Assembly: GCA_947259415.1 (NCBI GenBank)
Contig: CAMYMI010000001.1
Span: forward strand, 33,842-97,841
DNA: 64,000 nucleotides
Direction of reading: 5' to 3'
DNA from: an uncultured Ectothiorhodospiraceae bacterium
Lineage (GTDB): Bacteria > Pseudomonadota > Gammaproteobacteria > UBA9214
The translations under genes were made by a program, and so were the position numbers. Shown here piece after piece: positions 49,439 through 59,040 of this stretch (position 1 is its first letter; each line of letters opens with the position of its first letter). The notes beneath the pieces are model-generated. The model did no database searches and was not told the origin of the DNA. It saw only the letters and a list, made by a program, of their open reading frames with translations.

Positions 49439-50632
49439 TCAGTCACCCTTGCAGTAGACAGCGGTTTCCGCGAACACTGTCTTCATGTTGTAGTTGCTGG
49501 CCTTGAAATCGGCCGTGATAGTCGCAACCTCGTTTCGATCCGCACTGTTGCCCGGTTCACGCAGGCACACTGCCCGAAATACCTTCTCTACTTGGCAACT
49601 GGCAAAGACATCGCTGTTGGCGAGTTCATTACCCAGCGACTTGGCGCCATTGCCGCTTCCCGGAAGCACCGTGTCCCAGCCAAGCAGGGAGTTCTGACCA
49701 GAGCGCCAGTAGTTATCCCAGCTGTCATCCGGTGTAATAAAACCGTACTTGAACGTGTCGGCGTTGATGAAGTACTTGGGCTGAACGATGCCGGGGGTGT
49801 ATTCGATGCTGCCGGTGGCCTCGTTGAAGTTGTAATAGGCAAATGCCTGGGCCATCGGGTCCATCCCGCTGTGGCAACCGACACAGGAGTTCAGAAAGAT
49901 ACGGCTGTCTCCGCCGGGGCTGCGTGATACGTCCTGGCGAATCCGGTCCGGTGAGCGGCTGTTGTCTTTGACCTGCTCGAGGTCGTTGCACATGTGGTTC
50001 AGCAGGGTGAAGCGGAACATGGCGCGATTGGTTCCAGCGACAAAAAAGGCCTCGGCACCGGCACGCGTGGTCATAACGCCGGCCGTGGCCGCTGCCGGCA
50101 GGCTGGTGATCTCGGATTGTGCAATCGGAACCAGATTTGTCTTCAAATCAATACCCTGGTCTTCCATCGCAGCATAGTGCGTGTTATCCGTCATCGAGTA
50201 GGCCGGGATTGATAATGACGACGCACCGATGTAGACAAGATCGGCAGACAGCAGCGTATTGAACGGAACATCGTCGCGAATCATACCTATGACAGTGGCT
50301 GTGTAGTCGTTCAGTGGCGCAAACACGGTCTGCTCACGGTTCGTCCATGGTGTGGCAAAGTTTTTCAGCGTGACGTTGTAAAACGCGCTGTCATCTATCG
50401 CCATCATGGCGGCACTGATGGCATTACCGGCTACGATCGCCGTTTCCATGGCATCCAGCACCGTTTCTGACGGCGGTATGCCTGCCAGGCGATCATGCAT
50501 GCGCTTTGCCTGACGGCGTTCCTGGTCACCCGCCAGCGCATGCGTTGCGAAAACGCTGGCCAGCCCAAGGACTGCAACGGCACGACCAAGACTTCGAAAA
50601 AACTCAGCACCCAGATCAGTTTGAAAACACAT
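49439..50632 (-). CDS. Secreted protein with one CxxCH haem motif (CVGCHSGMDP), DUF1585/DUF1588-like (tentative)
   Basis: Signal peptide ..AVAVLGLASVFATHALAG; single CxxCH; 397 aa; 3-nt gap to downstream 842-aa gene. Confidence 0.55.
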   Translation of the reverse strand: MCFQTDLGAEFFRSLGRAVAVLGLASVFATHALAGDQERRQAKRMHDRLAGIPPSETVLDAMETAIVAGNAISAAMMAIDDSAFYNVTLKNFATPWTNREQTVFAPLNDYTATVIGMIRDDVPFNTLLSADLVYIGASSLSIPAYSMTDNTHYAAMEDQGIDLKTNLVPIAQSEITSLPAAATAGVMTTRAGAEAFFVAGTNRAMFRFTLLNHMCNDLEQVKDNSRSPDRIRQDVSRSPGGDSRIFLNSCVGCHSGMDPMAQAFAYYNFNEATGSIEYTPGIVQPKYFINADTFKYGFITPDDSWDNYWRSGQNSLLGWDTVLPGSGNGAKSLGNELANSDVFASCQVEKVFRAVCLREPGNSADRNEVATITADFKASNYNMKTVFAETAVYCKGD

Positions 50633-50795
50633 GCGCTCTATCCCGGCTTGTTATGGTTTCAGGACCTGTCTTCGGCCCGTGCAGGCAGATACTGATGCGA
50701 TAAGCGTTTTTTTTCTATGACGTGGTTCGCGGAATGGGTCTCCGCACCAACCTATAGTTGAGCTGCGAGCAACGGGGATCGATTAGTGTGCACCA

Positions 50796-50813
50796 GGTCA
50801 CAGTTATGTGACC
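50796..50813. promoter_or_regulatory. Perfect palindrome GGTCACA-GTTA-TGTGACC in the divergent promoter region
   Basis: 7-bp inverted repeat with 4-bp spacer, ~48 nt upstream of the 892-aa gene ATG and ~165 nt upstream of the 397-aa gene start. Confidence 0.3.
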
Positions 50814-50860
50814 CGTACCGTCCCACGTATCAGGTTTACCGCCCGGAGGGCCGATCAGCT

Positions 50861-53464
50861 ATGAATATGCATGCACTTTCCGGAATACCCCCCATGAGAC
50901 CAAGCTTCCGCAGCCTTGCTGCATCGTTGCTGGCAGGAGTGTTGCTGGGGGGCTGTGGCGGGGGTGATGGTCAGGATCCGGACCCATTGGTGGAGGATTT
51001 CGGCATCGCCTTTGTCAGGCGCCCGCTGGAGCTGGACAATACCGGCGTGGCAGTTCAGTCGGACATCCGCGAAATGGAATCCTTCACCCCCGGTGGTGAC
51101 CTGTTCTATCGCGATCTCGCCTCACCGAGTGCAGCGGAGCGCAATATTACAGGTGCCATCACCCAGGACATGGGCGACGTCAGGGACGTGGAAGTGTCCT
51201 ACGATGGCACCAGGCTGCTGTTTTCCCTGCATCAGCCGGATATTCCCAACGCGACACCGGCAGATCAGAACAAGTGGGACATCTGGGAATACGACATAAC
51301 AGCCGATTCGCTGCGCCGCGTGACAGCAACGGATAACACGGCAAAGGCCGGCGATGACGTGGCACCGCATTACCTGCCGGACGGGCGCATCATCTTTTCC
51401 TCCACGCGCCAACGTCAGTCACGCGCCACCTTACTGGATGAGGGCAAGACTGCATTCTCCGCAGTGGATGAAAATCGTAACGAGCCTGCCTTCGTGTTGC
51501 ACGTCATGGACAGTGATGGCAGCAACATCCACCAGGTTTCGTACAACCAGAGCCATGACCTCGATCCCATGGTGCTGGCTGCCGGTCTGGACTCCGGCCA
51601 GATAGTGTTCAGCCGCTGGGATAACATGGGTAGCCGTAATGCCATCAGCCTCTACAAGATGCATCCCGACGGCTCGGAACTGCAACTGTATTACGGCGCG
51701 CACAGCCATGATACTGGCACCAGCGGCGCAGAGGTGCACTTCCTGCAGCCGCGCGAGACGTTTGATGGTCGCCTCATGACCGTGATGCTGCCGTTCACCA
51801 ATTCCTGGCGCGGCGGTGAACTGGTGCTGATCGATTCCGGAAATTATCTGGACAACGCCTCCCCGACGGCCGCGAACCAGGGGGTCCTTTCCGGTCCAGC
51901 CCAGCAGGGTGCAACAGTTAACGACGTACATACCGATAACACCATATCCCCTGGCGGTCGTTTCATGAGTGCCTGGCCGCTGCTGGATGGTACTAACCGG
52001 GCCCTGGTCAGCTGGAGCAGTTGCCGGCTGATCGAGAATACTCAGATCGTACCCTGTACACCGGCCGGACTGGCTAACCCGGCGGCCGTGGAAGCGAACC
52101 CGATTTACGGAATATTCATCTACGACATGGATAACGACACGCAAATACCGATTGTCATCCCCCAGGAAGGCTTTGCGTTCACTGATGTCGTCGCGGCTGC
52201 ACCGCGTCCGTTGCCATCTCTCATCTTCGACAAAACACCTGGCACCGGTCTTGACCAGCAGGCGTACGATGAAGGTGTAGGTATCCTCGATATCCGCAGC
52301 GTCTATGACGAGGACGGCGTCGACACAACGCCATTGGGTATTGCATCGCTGGCCGATCCGGCGCAGGCAGTGGCTGACGACCGCCCTGCCCGTTTCCTGC
52401 GCATTGTCAAGGCTGTCGGTATTCCCGACAATGACACCCTGATGCTGCAGGGCACGGCCTTTGGCGCAAGCAGTGCGCAGTTGATGCGCGAGATTATCGG
52501 TTATGCGCCGGTGCAGCCGGACGGGTCCGTCAGGGTCAAGGTACCCGCGAACGTGCCACTCGCTATCAGCGTACTGGACAAGGACGCTCGCCGCATCGGT
52601 GCGCGTCACCAGAACTGGCTGCAGGTGCGTGCGGGAGAGACCCTGACATGCATCGGTTGCCACGACCACAGCAGCGGTACCCCGCACGGCCAGCCGGCTG
52701 ACCCGATGTCGCGTGGCCTCGCATCCTTGTATCCCGGTGCGCCGGTGACCGGCCTGCCGTTCCCGAATACGGTCTCCACACTCTGGGCGGATGCCGGCGA
52801 GACCATGGCACAGGCCCTGACGCGAATCGATCCAGACCAGCTACTGCCGACAGTTGACCTGTTCTACGACGATATCTGGACCGACGAGACGGCTGCAGGA
52901 CGACTGAAGGATGCCAGTTTTTCATACACCTATGCAGCGCTGGACACCCCGGCACCGGTCACACCGGCGTGCCAGACCAGCTGGAACAATATCTGTCGAA
53001 CAGTAATTCATTACGAACAGCATATCCATCCGCTGTGGAGCCGTGACCGGGGTGCGGATACCTGCGTCAATTGCCATACGCCGACCGATGCCGCTGGCAT
53101 GCTGATGGTTCCGGATGAGCAGCTGGACCTCACTGATGGCCTGGATTCCCAGGTGCCAGAGCATTTCAAGTCCTACCGCGAACTGCTGTTCAACGACTTC
53201 GCTCAGGAGATCGGCCCCAACGGGCTGCAGGACATCATGATTCCAGGTCCGGTTGACCCGAATACCGGGCTGCCGACACAGGTACCGGTTCCGGTGGCAG
53301 CGTCCATGAATGCAGCGGGGGCTAACGCCAGCACTACTTTTTTCTCGCGCTTTGCCGCAGGCGGTACACATGCCGGCAGGCTCGAGCCGGATGAACTGCG
53401 ACTGCTGTCCGAATGGATGGATATCGGTGCACAGTACTACAACGACCCATTTGCCGCGCCATAA
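50861..53464 (+). CDS. Lipoprotein with TolB-like (PD40) beta-propeller and two C-terminal CxxCH haem motifs; hydrazine-synthase-alpha-like middle-domain architecture (tentative)
   Basis: Lipobox LLGGCGGG; PD40-type repeats (..LPDGRIIFSSTR.., ..MDSDGSNIHQVS..); CIGCHDHSSGTPHG and CVNCHTPTD; start at ATG 50861 with GGAGGG RBS. Confidence 0.6.
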   Translation: MNMHALSGIPPMRPSFRSLAASLLAGVLLGGCGGGDGQDPDPLVEDFGIAFVRRPLELDNTGVAVQSDIREMESFTPGGDLFYRDLASPSAAERNITGAITQDMGDVRDVEVSYDGTRLLFSLHQPDIPNATPADQNKWDIWEYDITADSLRRVTATDNTAKAGDDVAPHYLPDGRIIFSSTRQRQSRATLLDEGKTAFSAVDENRNEPAFVLHVMDSDGSNIHQVSYNQSHDLDPMVLAAGLDSGQIVFSRWDNMGSRNAISLYKMHPDGSELQLYYGAHSHDTGTSGAEVHFLQPRETFDGRLMTVMLPFTNSWRGGELVLIDSGNYLDNASPTAANQGVLSGPAQQGATVNDVHTDNTISPGGRFMSAWPLLDGTNRALVSWSSCRLIENTQIVPCTPAGLANPAAVEANPIYGIFIYDMDNDTQIPIVIPQEGFAFTDVVAAAPRPLPSLIFDKTPGTGLDQQAYDEGVGILDIRSVYDEDGVDTTPLGIASLADPAQAVADDRPARFLRIVKAVGIPDNDTLMLQGTAFGASSAQLMREIIGYAPVQPDGSVRVKVPANVPLAISVLDKDARRIGARHQNWLQVRAGETLTCIGCHDHSSGTPHGQPADPMSRGLASLYPGAPVTGLPFPNTVSTLWADAGETMAQALTRIDPDQLLPTVDLFYDDIWTDETAAGRLKDASFSYTYAALDTPAPVTPACQTSWNNICRTVIHYEQHIHPLWSRDRGADTCVNCHTPTDAAGMLMVPDEQLDLTDGLDSQVPEHFKSYRELLFNDFAQEIGPNGLQDIMIPGPVDPNTGLPTQVPVPVAASMNAAGANASTTFFSRFAAGGTHAGRLEPDELRLLSEWMDIGAQYYNDPFAAP

Positions 53465-53484
53465 GGCCGGAAAGATGAACGCAA

Positions 53485-54252
53485 GTGATCACTAATGCCT
53501 GGCCTCACTCCTGCAAGCTCGTACTCGTCAGCATCCTGCTGCTGGAGAGCCTGTTTTGCGCGCCTGCCCTTGCGGAGGAGGAATTCTTCGAGGTACGGGT
53601 CGCCGAACCGTACCTCGAGATGCACACCGGTCCGGGACGTGGCTACCCGGTATACCACGTGGTGGATCGGGGCGAACTGGTTAAAGTTATCAAGCGTCGC
53701 ACCGACTGGTTCATGGTACGCACAAAGCGCGGCAAGGAAGGCTGGGGCAAGCGTGCGGAAATGGAGCTTACCTTGACCCCGAACGGCGAATCGACAAAAT
53801 TTGCCGAGGCGGAATTCGGTGATTTCACGCGCCGTCGCTGGGAGGCCGGTTTCCTCGCGGGAGATTTCGAGGGGGCGAACATAGTCTCGGCGTATGCAGG
53901 CTATTACCTGACGCAGAACCTTTCCGTTGAACTGGCAATGTCGCAGGTATTCGGCAATTTCTCCGATGCACTAACGGCTAGCGCCAATCTGCTGGCACAG
54001 CCGTTTCCGGAATGGCGCCTGTCACCGTATTTCCTGCTTGGCATCGGTGCAATCTATACCGACCCGAATGTAACGCTAGTGAACGAACAGGACCGTACCG
54101 AACAGATCAGCAATGTCGGTGTGGGTGTGCGCTGGTACCTGACGCGGCGCTTTATTCTGCGAGCTGAATACCAGAATCATGTCATCTTTCAGAACAAGGA
54201 TGACAACCAGGAGATAAACGAATGGAAAGCCGGATTCGCATTTTTCTTTTGA
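53485..54252 (+). CDS. Outer-membrane beta-barrel protein with N-terminal bacterial SH3 domain
   Basis: Signal peptide; SH3_3-like ..YLEMHTGPGRGYPVYHVVDRGELVKVIKRRTDWFMVRTKRGKEGW..; alternating-hydrophobic beta-strands ending ..WKAGFAFFF (C-terminal Phe). Confidence 0.55.
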   Translation: MITNAWPHSCKLVLVSILLLESLFCAPALAEEEFFEVRVAEPYLEMHTGPGRGYPVYHVVDRGELVKVIKRRTDWFMVRTKRGKEGWGKRAEMELTLTPNGESTKFAEAEFGDFTRRRWEAGFLAGDFEGANIVSAYAGYYLTQNLSVELAMSQVFGNFSDALTASANLLAQPFPEWRLSPYFLLGIGAIYTDPNVTLVNEQDRTEQISNVGVGVRWYLTRRFILRAEYQNHVIFQNKDDNQEINEWKAGFAFFF

Positions 54253-54893
54253 AGTCGTTGTCATGTCTGGTGGTACTTGGTCTGTCGAGTGGCTGTTCAC
54301 TGCTGCGTACCGAGGAACCAACGGTATACAGCGAGTCTGAACCGGTAATCAAGCCGGGTATCGAGCGACGCACCATAACCGAGGCGGATATCGACAGCGA
54401 GGACTTCGAGGTCGGGGCGTTCGTCGGGGTGATGAGCATCGAAGACTTCGGCAGCAACGCCGTGTACGGTGTGCGGGCAGCCTACCATGCCACCGAGGAT
54501 TTCTTTTTCGAGGCTGCTGCGGGTGCAACCGAGGCCGACGAGACCAGCTATGAAACCCTCAGCGGCGGAGCCCAGCTGCTGACCGGCAGCCAACGTGATC
54601 TTTATTACTATAACCTTTCGCTGGGCTATAACATCCTGCCGGGCGAGAGTTTCATCGGCAGCCGCTATGCCTTCAACAGCGCGCTCTATCTTATTGCCGG
54701 TGTCGGCAATACCGAGTTTGCCGACGACAGTCACTTTACCTACAACGTCGGTGCAGGCTACCGTTTTCTGCTTAATGACTGGGTCACACTGCACCTGGAT
54801 ATCAAGGATCACGTGTTCGAGTCGGACCTGCTGGGTACCGACAAGTATACCCACAATCTGGAAGCCACCGTTGGCCTTTCCATGTTCTTTTGA
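54222..54893 (+). CDS. Outer-membrane beta-barrel lipoprotein
   Basis: Lipobox LSSGCS; amphipathic strands; C-terminal ..TVGLSMFF. Confidence 0.5.
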   Translation: MESRIRIFLLKSLSCLVVLGLSSGCSLLRTEEPTVYSESEPVIKPGIERRTITEADIDSEDFEVGAFVGVMSIEDFGSNAVYGVRAAYHATEDFFFEAAAGATEADETSYETLSGGAQLLTGSQRDLYYYNLSLGYNILPGESFIGSRYAFNSALYLIAGVGNTEFADDSHFTYNVGAGYRFLLNDWVTLHLDIKDHVFESDLLGTDKYTHNLEATVGLSMFF

Positions 54894-54903
54894 GGAGTCC
54901 GTT

Positions 54904-55410
54904 ATGCATAACACACAATTTGGTTTCTTGAAACATACACTGGCAGCGGTGCTGGTACTGTTTACAACCGCGGTAACTGCCACTACCGCCCAGGCGCCTG
55001 CGCCAGACTTCACCCTGAAGAGCAACAGCGGCGAGAACATCAGGCTCAGTGAATTGCGTGGCGAGGTGGTGTTGATCAATTTTTGGGCATCCTGGTGCGG
55101 ACCCTGCCGCCAGGAGATGCCGATACTGAGCGAGCTGCATGACAAGTACAAGACCATGGGCTTCACCGTGCTGGGTGTCAACGTGGAGGAAAACTCCAGC
55201 GCGGCCCGCAAGCTGCTGAAGGACATGCCGGTCAGCTTTCCTGTGCTGTTCGACAACGACAGCAGCGTCAGCAAGCAGTATGACGTGGCCGCCATGCCAA
55301 GCACTGTACTGGTCGATCGCAACGGCAATATGCGGTACCTGCACAGGGGCTACAAGCCCGGGCTCGAAGACACCTATGTCGAGCAGGTGCGTAACCTGAT
55401 CAAGGAGTAA
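54904..55410 (+). CDS. TlpA-like periplasmic thiol:disulfide oxidoreductase (thioredoxin fold, WCGPC)
   Basis: Signal peptide; ..VVLINFWASWCGPCRQEMP.. ; GAGGAG RBS before ATG 54904. Confidence 0.75.
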   Translation: MHNTQFGFLKHTLAAVLVLFTTAVTATTAQAPAPDFTLKSNSGENIRLSELRGEVVLINFWASWCGPCRQEMPILSELHDKYKTMGFTVLGVNVEENSSAARKLLKDMPVSFPVLFDNDSSVSKQYDVAAMPSTVLVDRNGNMRYLHRGYKPGLEDTYVEQVRNLIKE

Positions 55411-55643
55411 TGCCGCTTATGTGTCTGCGCGCCCGTTGTCTACTGCTAACTGCCCTGTTGCTGGCGGGCTGCAGTTCGATCGAGCCCTGGGTGAAGCCCT
55501 ATGAACGGGCCCATCTGGCCGATCCGATCATGAGCTTTGACCGCGATCCGGTTTCCGGGGCCTATATGACCCATGTATACCAGGCACGCGAGGCGGCACG
55601 TGGCGCCGAGGGCGGACACGGTGGTGGCTGTGGCTGTAACTAG
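55410..55643 (+). CDS. DUF4266 family lipoprotein
   Basis: Lipobox LLAGCSS; ..ERAHLADPIMSFDRDP...THVYQAREAARGAEGGHGGGCGCN C-terminal GGGCGCN signature. Confidence 0.7.
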   Translation: MPLMCLRARCLLLTALLLAGCSSIEPWVKPYERAHLADPIMSFDRDPVSGAYMTHVYQAREAARGAEGGHGGGCGCN

Positions 55644-56778
55644 ACAAGTAACCGGCTGGCTGGCAGGTTCCGCGTTGCTCTGCTGCAGTCTGCTGATCCG
55701 GGCCGGCGTGCTGCCCGAAGACCGGGCCGACGCACTGTATCACTCCTATGAAGGTGGCGGTGTCGAGATCACCGGTCCCTCGCTGATGGTATTGAAGAAG
55801 TTCGGACAGAACGTGGCGGTCAGTGGCAACTACTACGTCGATTCCATCAGCAGCGCCTCGATCGACGTTGTGACCAGTGGCGCGAGCGCCTATTCGGAAG
55901 ACCGCACCGAGTTCTCGGGTGGCGTTGACTACATGCACAACAACTCGATCATGAGCCTGTCCTACACCAACAGCTCGGAAGATGATTACGATGCCAATAC
56001 CGCGAGTTTTGGCATCAGTATGGATATGTTCGGCAACATGACCACAGTGTCGATGGGCTATTCACGCGGCTGGGATACGGTCATGAACAACCAGGACAGC
56101 AGCTTTTCGCGTGACCTCGACCGTCAGAACTACAAGCTGGGCCTGACGCAGGTGATCACCAAAGACATGCTGCTTGAGCTGAACTACGAGGGGATCACCG
56201 ATGAAGGGTTTCTGAACAATCCCTACCGATCGGTGCGCTTTCTTAACCCCGACGGTGTCAGCTACGGAACCGAAGCCGAACGGTACCCCAACACTCGCAC
56301 CAGTAACGCGGTCGCGATCCGTTCGCTTTATTACCTGCCCTACCGTGCCGCCGTCTCCGGTGAATACCGCTTCTTCGACGACACCTGGGGTATTGACGCG
56401 CACAACGTGAAAATCGGCTACATCCATCCGCTGCAAGGCGGCTGGACTCTGGAAGGCAGTTACCGCTACTACACACAGAAAGCGGCCGACTTCTACAGCG
56501 ATCTGTTCCCGTATCAGAACGCACAGAACTTCCTGGCTCGCGACAAGGAGCTGAGCGAATTTTCGAGCCACACCTTCGGTGTCAAGCTAAGCTATGATTT
56601 CATAGAGAATGGCTGGCGTTCGATTGACAAGGGTACGATCAACGTCGCCTGGGACCATATCCTGTTCGACTACGAAGACTTCCGTGACCTTAGAGTCACG
56701 ACAGCACTGCCGGGTGAAGAGCCTCTGTACAGTTTCAGTGCCGATGTGCTGCAGCTGTATGTCTCGGTCTGGTTCTGA
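55621..56778 (+). CDS. DUF3570 family protein
   Basis: Frame opens at ATG 55573 but that overlaps the DUF4266 gene by 70 nt; likely GTG start ~55621-55630 giving signal peptide ..WLAGSALLCCSLLIRAGV; ..YHSYEGGGVEITGPSLMV.. typical DUF3570 N-terminus; contains ..DVVTSGAS.. Confidence 0.6.
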   Translation: MVAVAVTRQVTGWLAGSALLCCSLLIRAGVLPEDRADALYHSYEGGGVEITGPSLMVLKKFGQNVAVSGNYYVDSISSASIDVVTSGASAYSEDRTEFSGGVDYMHNNSIMSLSYTNSSEDDYDANTASFGISMDMFGNMTTVSMGYSRGWDTVMNNQDSSFSRDLDRQNYKLGLTQVITKDMLLELNYEGITDEGFLNNPYRSVRFLNPDGVSYGTEAERYPNTRTSNAVAIRSLYYLPYRAAVSGEYRFFDDTWGIDAHNVKIGYIHPLQGGWTLEGSYRYYTQKAADFYSDLFPYQNAQNFLARDKELSEFSSHTFGVKLSYDFIENGWRSIDKGTINVAWDHILFDYEDFRDLRVTTALPGEEPLYSFSADVLQLYVSVWF

Positions 56779-57015
56779 ATAATAATCCGCAACACTCTGC
56801 AAGAAGATATACCGTATTTATGAGCAGGTTGGTGCGCAGGTATAAGTCAATTCGGCTGCCTGATTAACCTGCCATGATTCATGATCTCGCACATACATCC
56901 TGAAAATCTACAGGATCTTCCACGGCACCGGTACAGCTGATGCGTATGACAATCACGGCTAGACGCCGAGACCGTACCGACGGATCGACACCCTAGAGCG
57001 ACGGGTGCTGCACGT

Positions 57016-58914
57016 TCACCCTGTGGTCAGCGCCTCGAGATCCTCCCAGCGAACATAACAGGCCTCGAGTTCGCCGCTTACTGTTTCCAGGCGCGCCAGG
57101 GTCGTGGCGATCCCTTCACCCGGCTGCTGGTAAAAACCGGGATCGCTGACAGCTGCCTGCAACTTGGCCTGCTCCGCTTCCAGTGCTTCAATTTTTGCAG
57201 GCAGGGTGTCCAGTTCCCGCTGGTCCTTGTAGGACAGCTTACGCACCTTCCCTGCCGGTGGTTCCGCCCGGGCTGGTGCCAGCCGCCTTGCAGGTTTTGC
57301 TGCGGCAGGGGCTTTTGCAGACTTGCGTTGGCGCAGCCAGTCGCTGTAGCCGCCGACATATTCTCCGATGCGGCCCTCACCCTCGAAGACCAGCGTACTG
57401 GTCACCACATTATCCAGGAAGGCACGGTCGTGGCTTACCAGCAACAGCGTGCCCTGGTAATCCATCAGCAACTCCTCCAGCAACTCCAGCGTCTCCACGT
57501 CGAGGTCATTAGTGGGTTCGTCGAGAATCAGCAGATTTGCCGGCTGGGCAAACAGCCGCGCCAGCAGCAGGCGGTTACGCTCACCGCCTGACAGGGTACT
57601 CACGGGCGATTGCAGACGTTCCGCGGGAAACAGGAAATCCTGCAGGTAACCGGCCGCATGCCGACTGCGGCCATTGATGGTCACGCGCTGACTGCCATCG
57701 CCGACGTTGTCCATCACCGAGGCATCCGGATTCAGCTGGGAGCGCTGCTGGTCGAAATACGCGTTCTGCAGCCGGGTACCGCGCCGGATGCGGCCGCTGT
57801 CCGGTGATAAATCGCCGAGCAGCAACTTGATCAGGGTGGACTTGCCGGCACCGTTTGGCCCGATAATGCCCACGCGGTCGCCGCGCAGGATGTTCACCGA
57901 GAAGTTCCGTATGACCGTAGATTCGCCAAAACCGAAGTTGACGTCTTCGGCCTCGAACACCAGTTTGCCGGAGAGTTCGCCCTCTGCCAGCCTCAGGTTG
58001 ACCTTGCCGATCCGGTCGCGGCGCAGGCGACGCTGTTCCCGCAGGGCCTTGAGTGCACGCACCCGGCCTTCATTGCGGGTGCGGCGCGCCTTGATACCCT
58101 GGCGGATCCAGGCCTCTTCCCGGGACAGCTTCTTGTCGAATTGCGCGTTGTGCTGGGCCTCCACCTCGAGCTGCTCCGCCTTGCGGCGCAGGTAGTCGTC
58201 GTAGTTGCCCGGCCACGAGGTCAACTGGCCACGGTCCAGTTCGATGATGCGCGTTGCCAGCCGGCGCACGAAGGCGCGGTCGTGGCTGATGAACAGCAGG
58301 GCACCGGAAAACTCCGCCATGAAATCTTCCAGCCAGGTGATCGCCTCGATGTCCAGGTGGTTGGTAGGCTCGTCCAGCAACAGCACGTCCGGTTCACACA
58401 CCAGCGCGCGTGCCAGCATCACCCGCCGCCGCCAGCCCCCGGATAGCGACTGAAAGGCGGCCTCACCATCCAGGCCCAGGCGCGACAGCACCGTCTCGAC
58501 CCGCTGCTCCAGCTGCCAGCCGTCAACAGCCTCGAGCTCGTGCTGCAACTCGGCAAGGCGCTGGAGCGCGGCCGGGGTGTGCGCCTGTTCCAGTGCAGTG
58601 GCGGTGTGGTGGTATGCGCAGATCAACTGGCCCAGTTCGGGCACTCCCCCGGCCACGACATCAAAGACGGAATCATTGCTGTCAAGGGCGACTTCCTGCG
58701 CCAGGTAGGCGATGCGTGTTGCCGGGCGCACCCAGAGACTGCCATCGTCCGGCACGATCTCGCCGTTGACGATGCGCATCAGGGACGACTTGCCCTCGCC
58801 ATTGCGCCCCACCAGGCAGACGCGCTCGCCCCGCCTCAGCTCCAGGTCCGCCTCATCCAGCAGGGGACGGTGGCCGAAGGCGAGGGAAACCTTGTCTAGT
58901 CGCAGCAGTGGCAT
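57016..58914 (-). CDS. uup: ABC-F family ATPase Uup
   Basis: 632 aa, two ABC cassettes (Walker A GRNGEGKS / GPNGAGKS), C-terminal coiled-coil DNA-binding tail. Confidence 0.85.
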   Translation of the reverse strand: MPLLRLDKVSLAFGHRPLLDEADLELRRGERVCLVGRNGEGKSSLMRIVNGEIVPDDGSLWVRPATRIAYLAQEVALDSNDSVFDVVAGGVPELGQLICAYHHTATALEQAHTPAALQRLAELQHELEAVDGWQLEQRVETVLSRLGLDGEAAFQSLSGGWRRRVMLARALVCEPDVLLLDEPTNHLDIEAITWLEDFMAEFSGALLFISHDRAFVRRLATRIIELDRGQLTSWPGNYDDYLRRKAEQLEVEAQHNAQFDKKLSREEAWIRQGIKARRTRNEGRVRALKALREQRRLRRDRIGKVNLRLAEGELSGKLVFEAEDVNFGFGESTVIRNFSVNILRGDRVGIIGPNGAGKSTLIKLLLGDLSPDSGRIRRGTRLQNAYFDQQRSQLNPDASVMDNVGDGSQRVTINGRSRHAAGYLQDFLFPAERLQSPVSTLSGGERNRLLLARLFAQPANLLILDEPTNDLDVETLELLEELLMDYQGTLLLVSHDRAFLDNVVTSTLVFEGEGRIGEYVGGYSDWLRQRKSAKAPAAAKPARRLAPARAEPPAGKVRKLSYKDQRELDTLPAKIEALEAEQAKLQAAVSDPGFYQQPGEGIATTLARLETVSGELEACYVRWEDLEALTTG

Positions 58915-59040
58915 ATGGGTAGCGAGCGTGTGATTAACAGGATATGACGATGGATGGAAACACAGTGATCACTGTGGTGTCATTTTAGCGCAAGCGACAG
59001 GGAATGGGGCGCACGGCAGCGCGGCGCCCCATTCCGCGGT

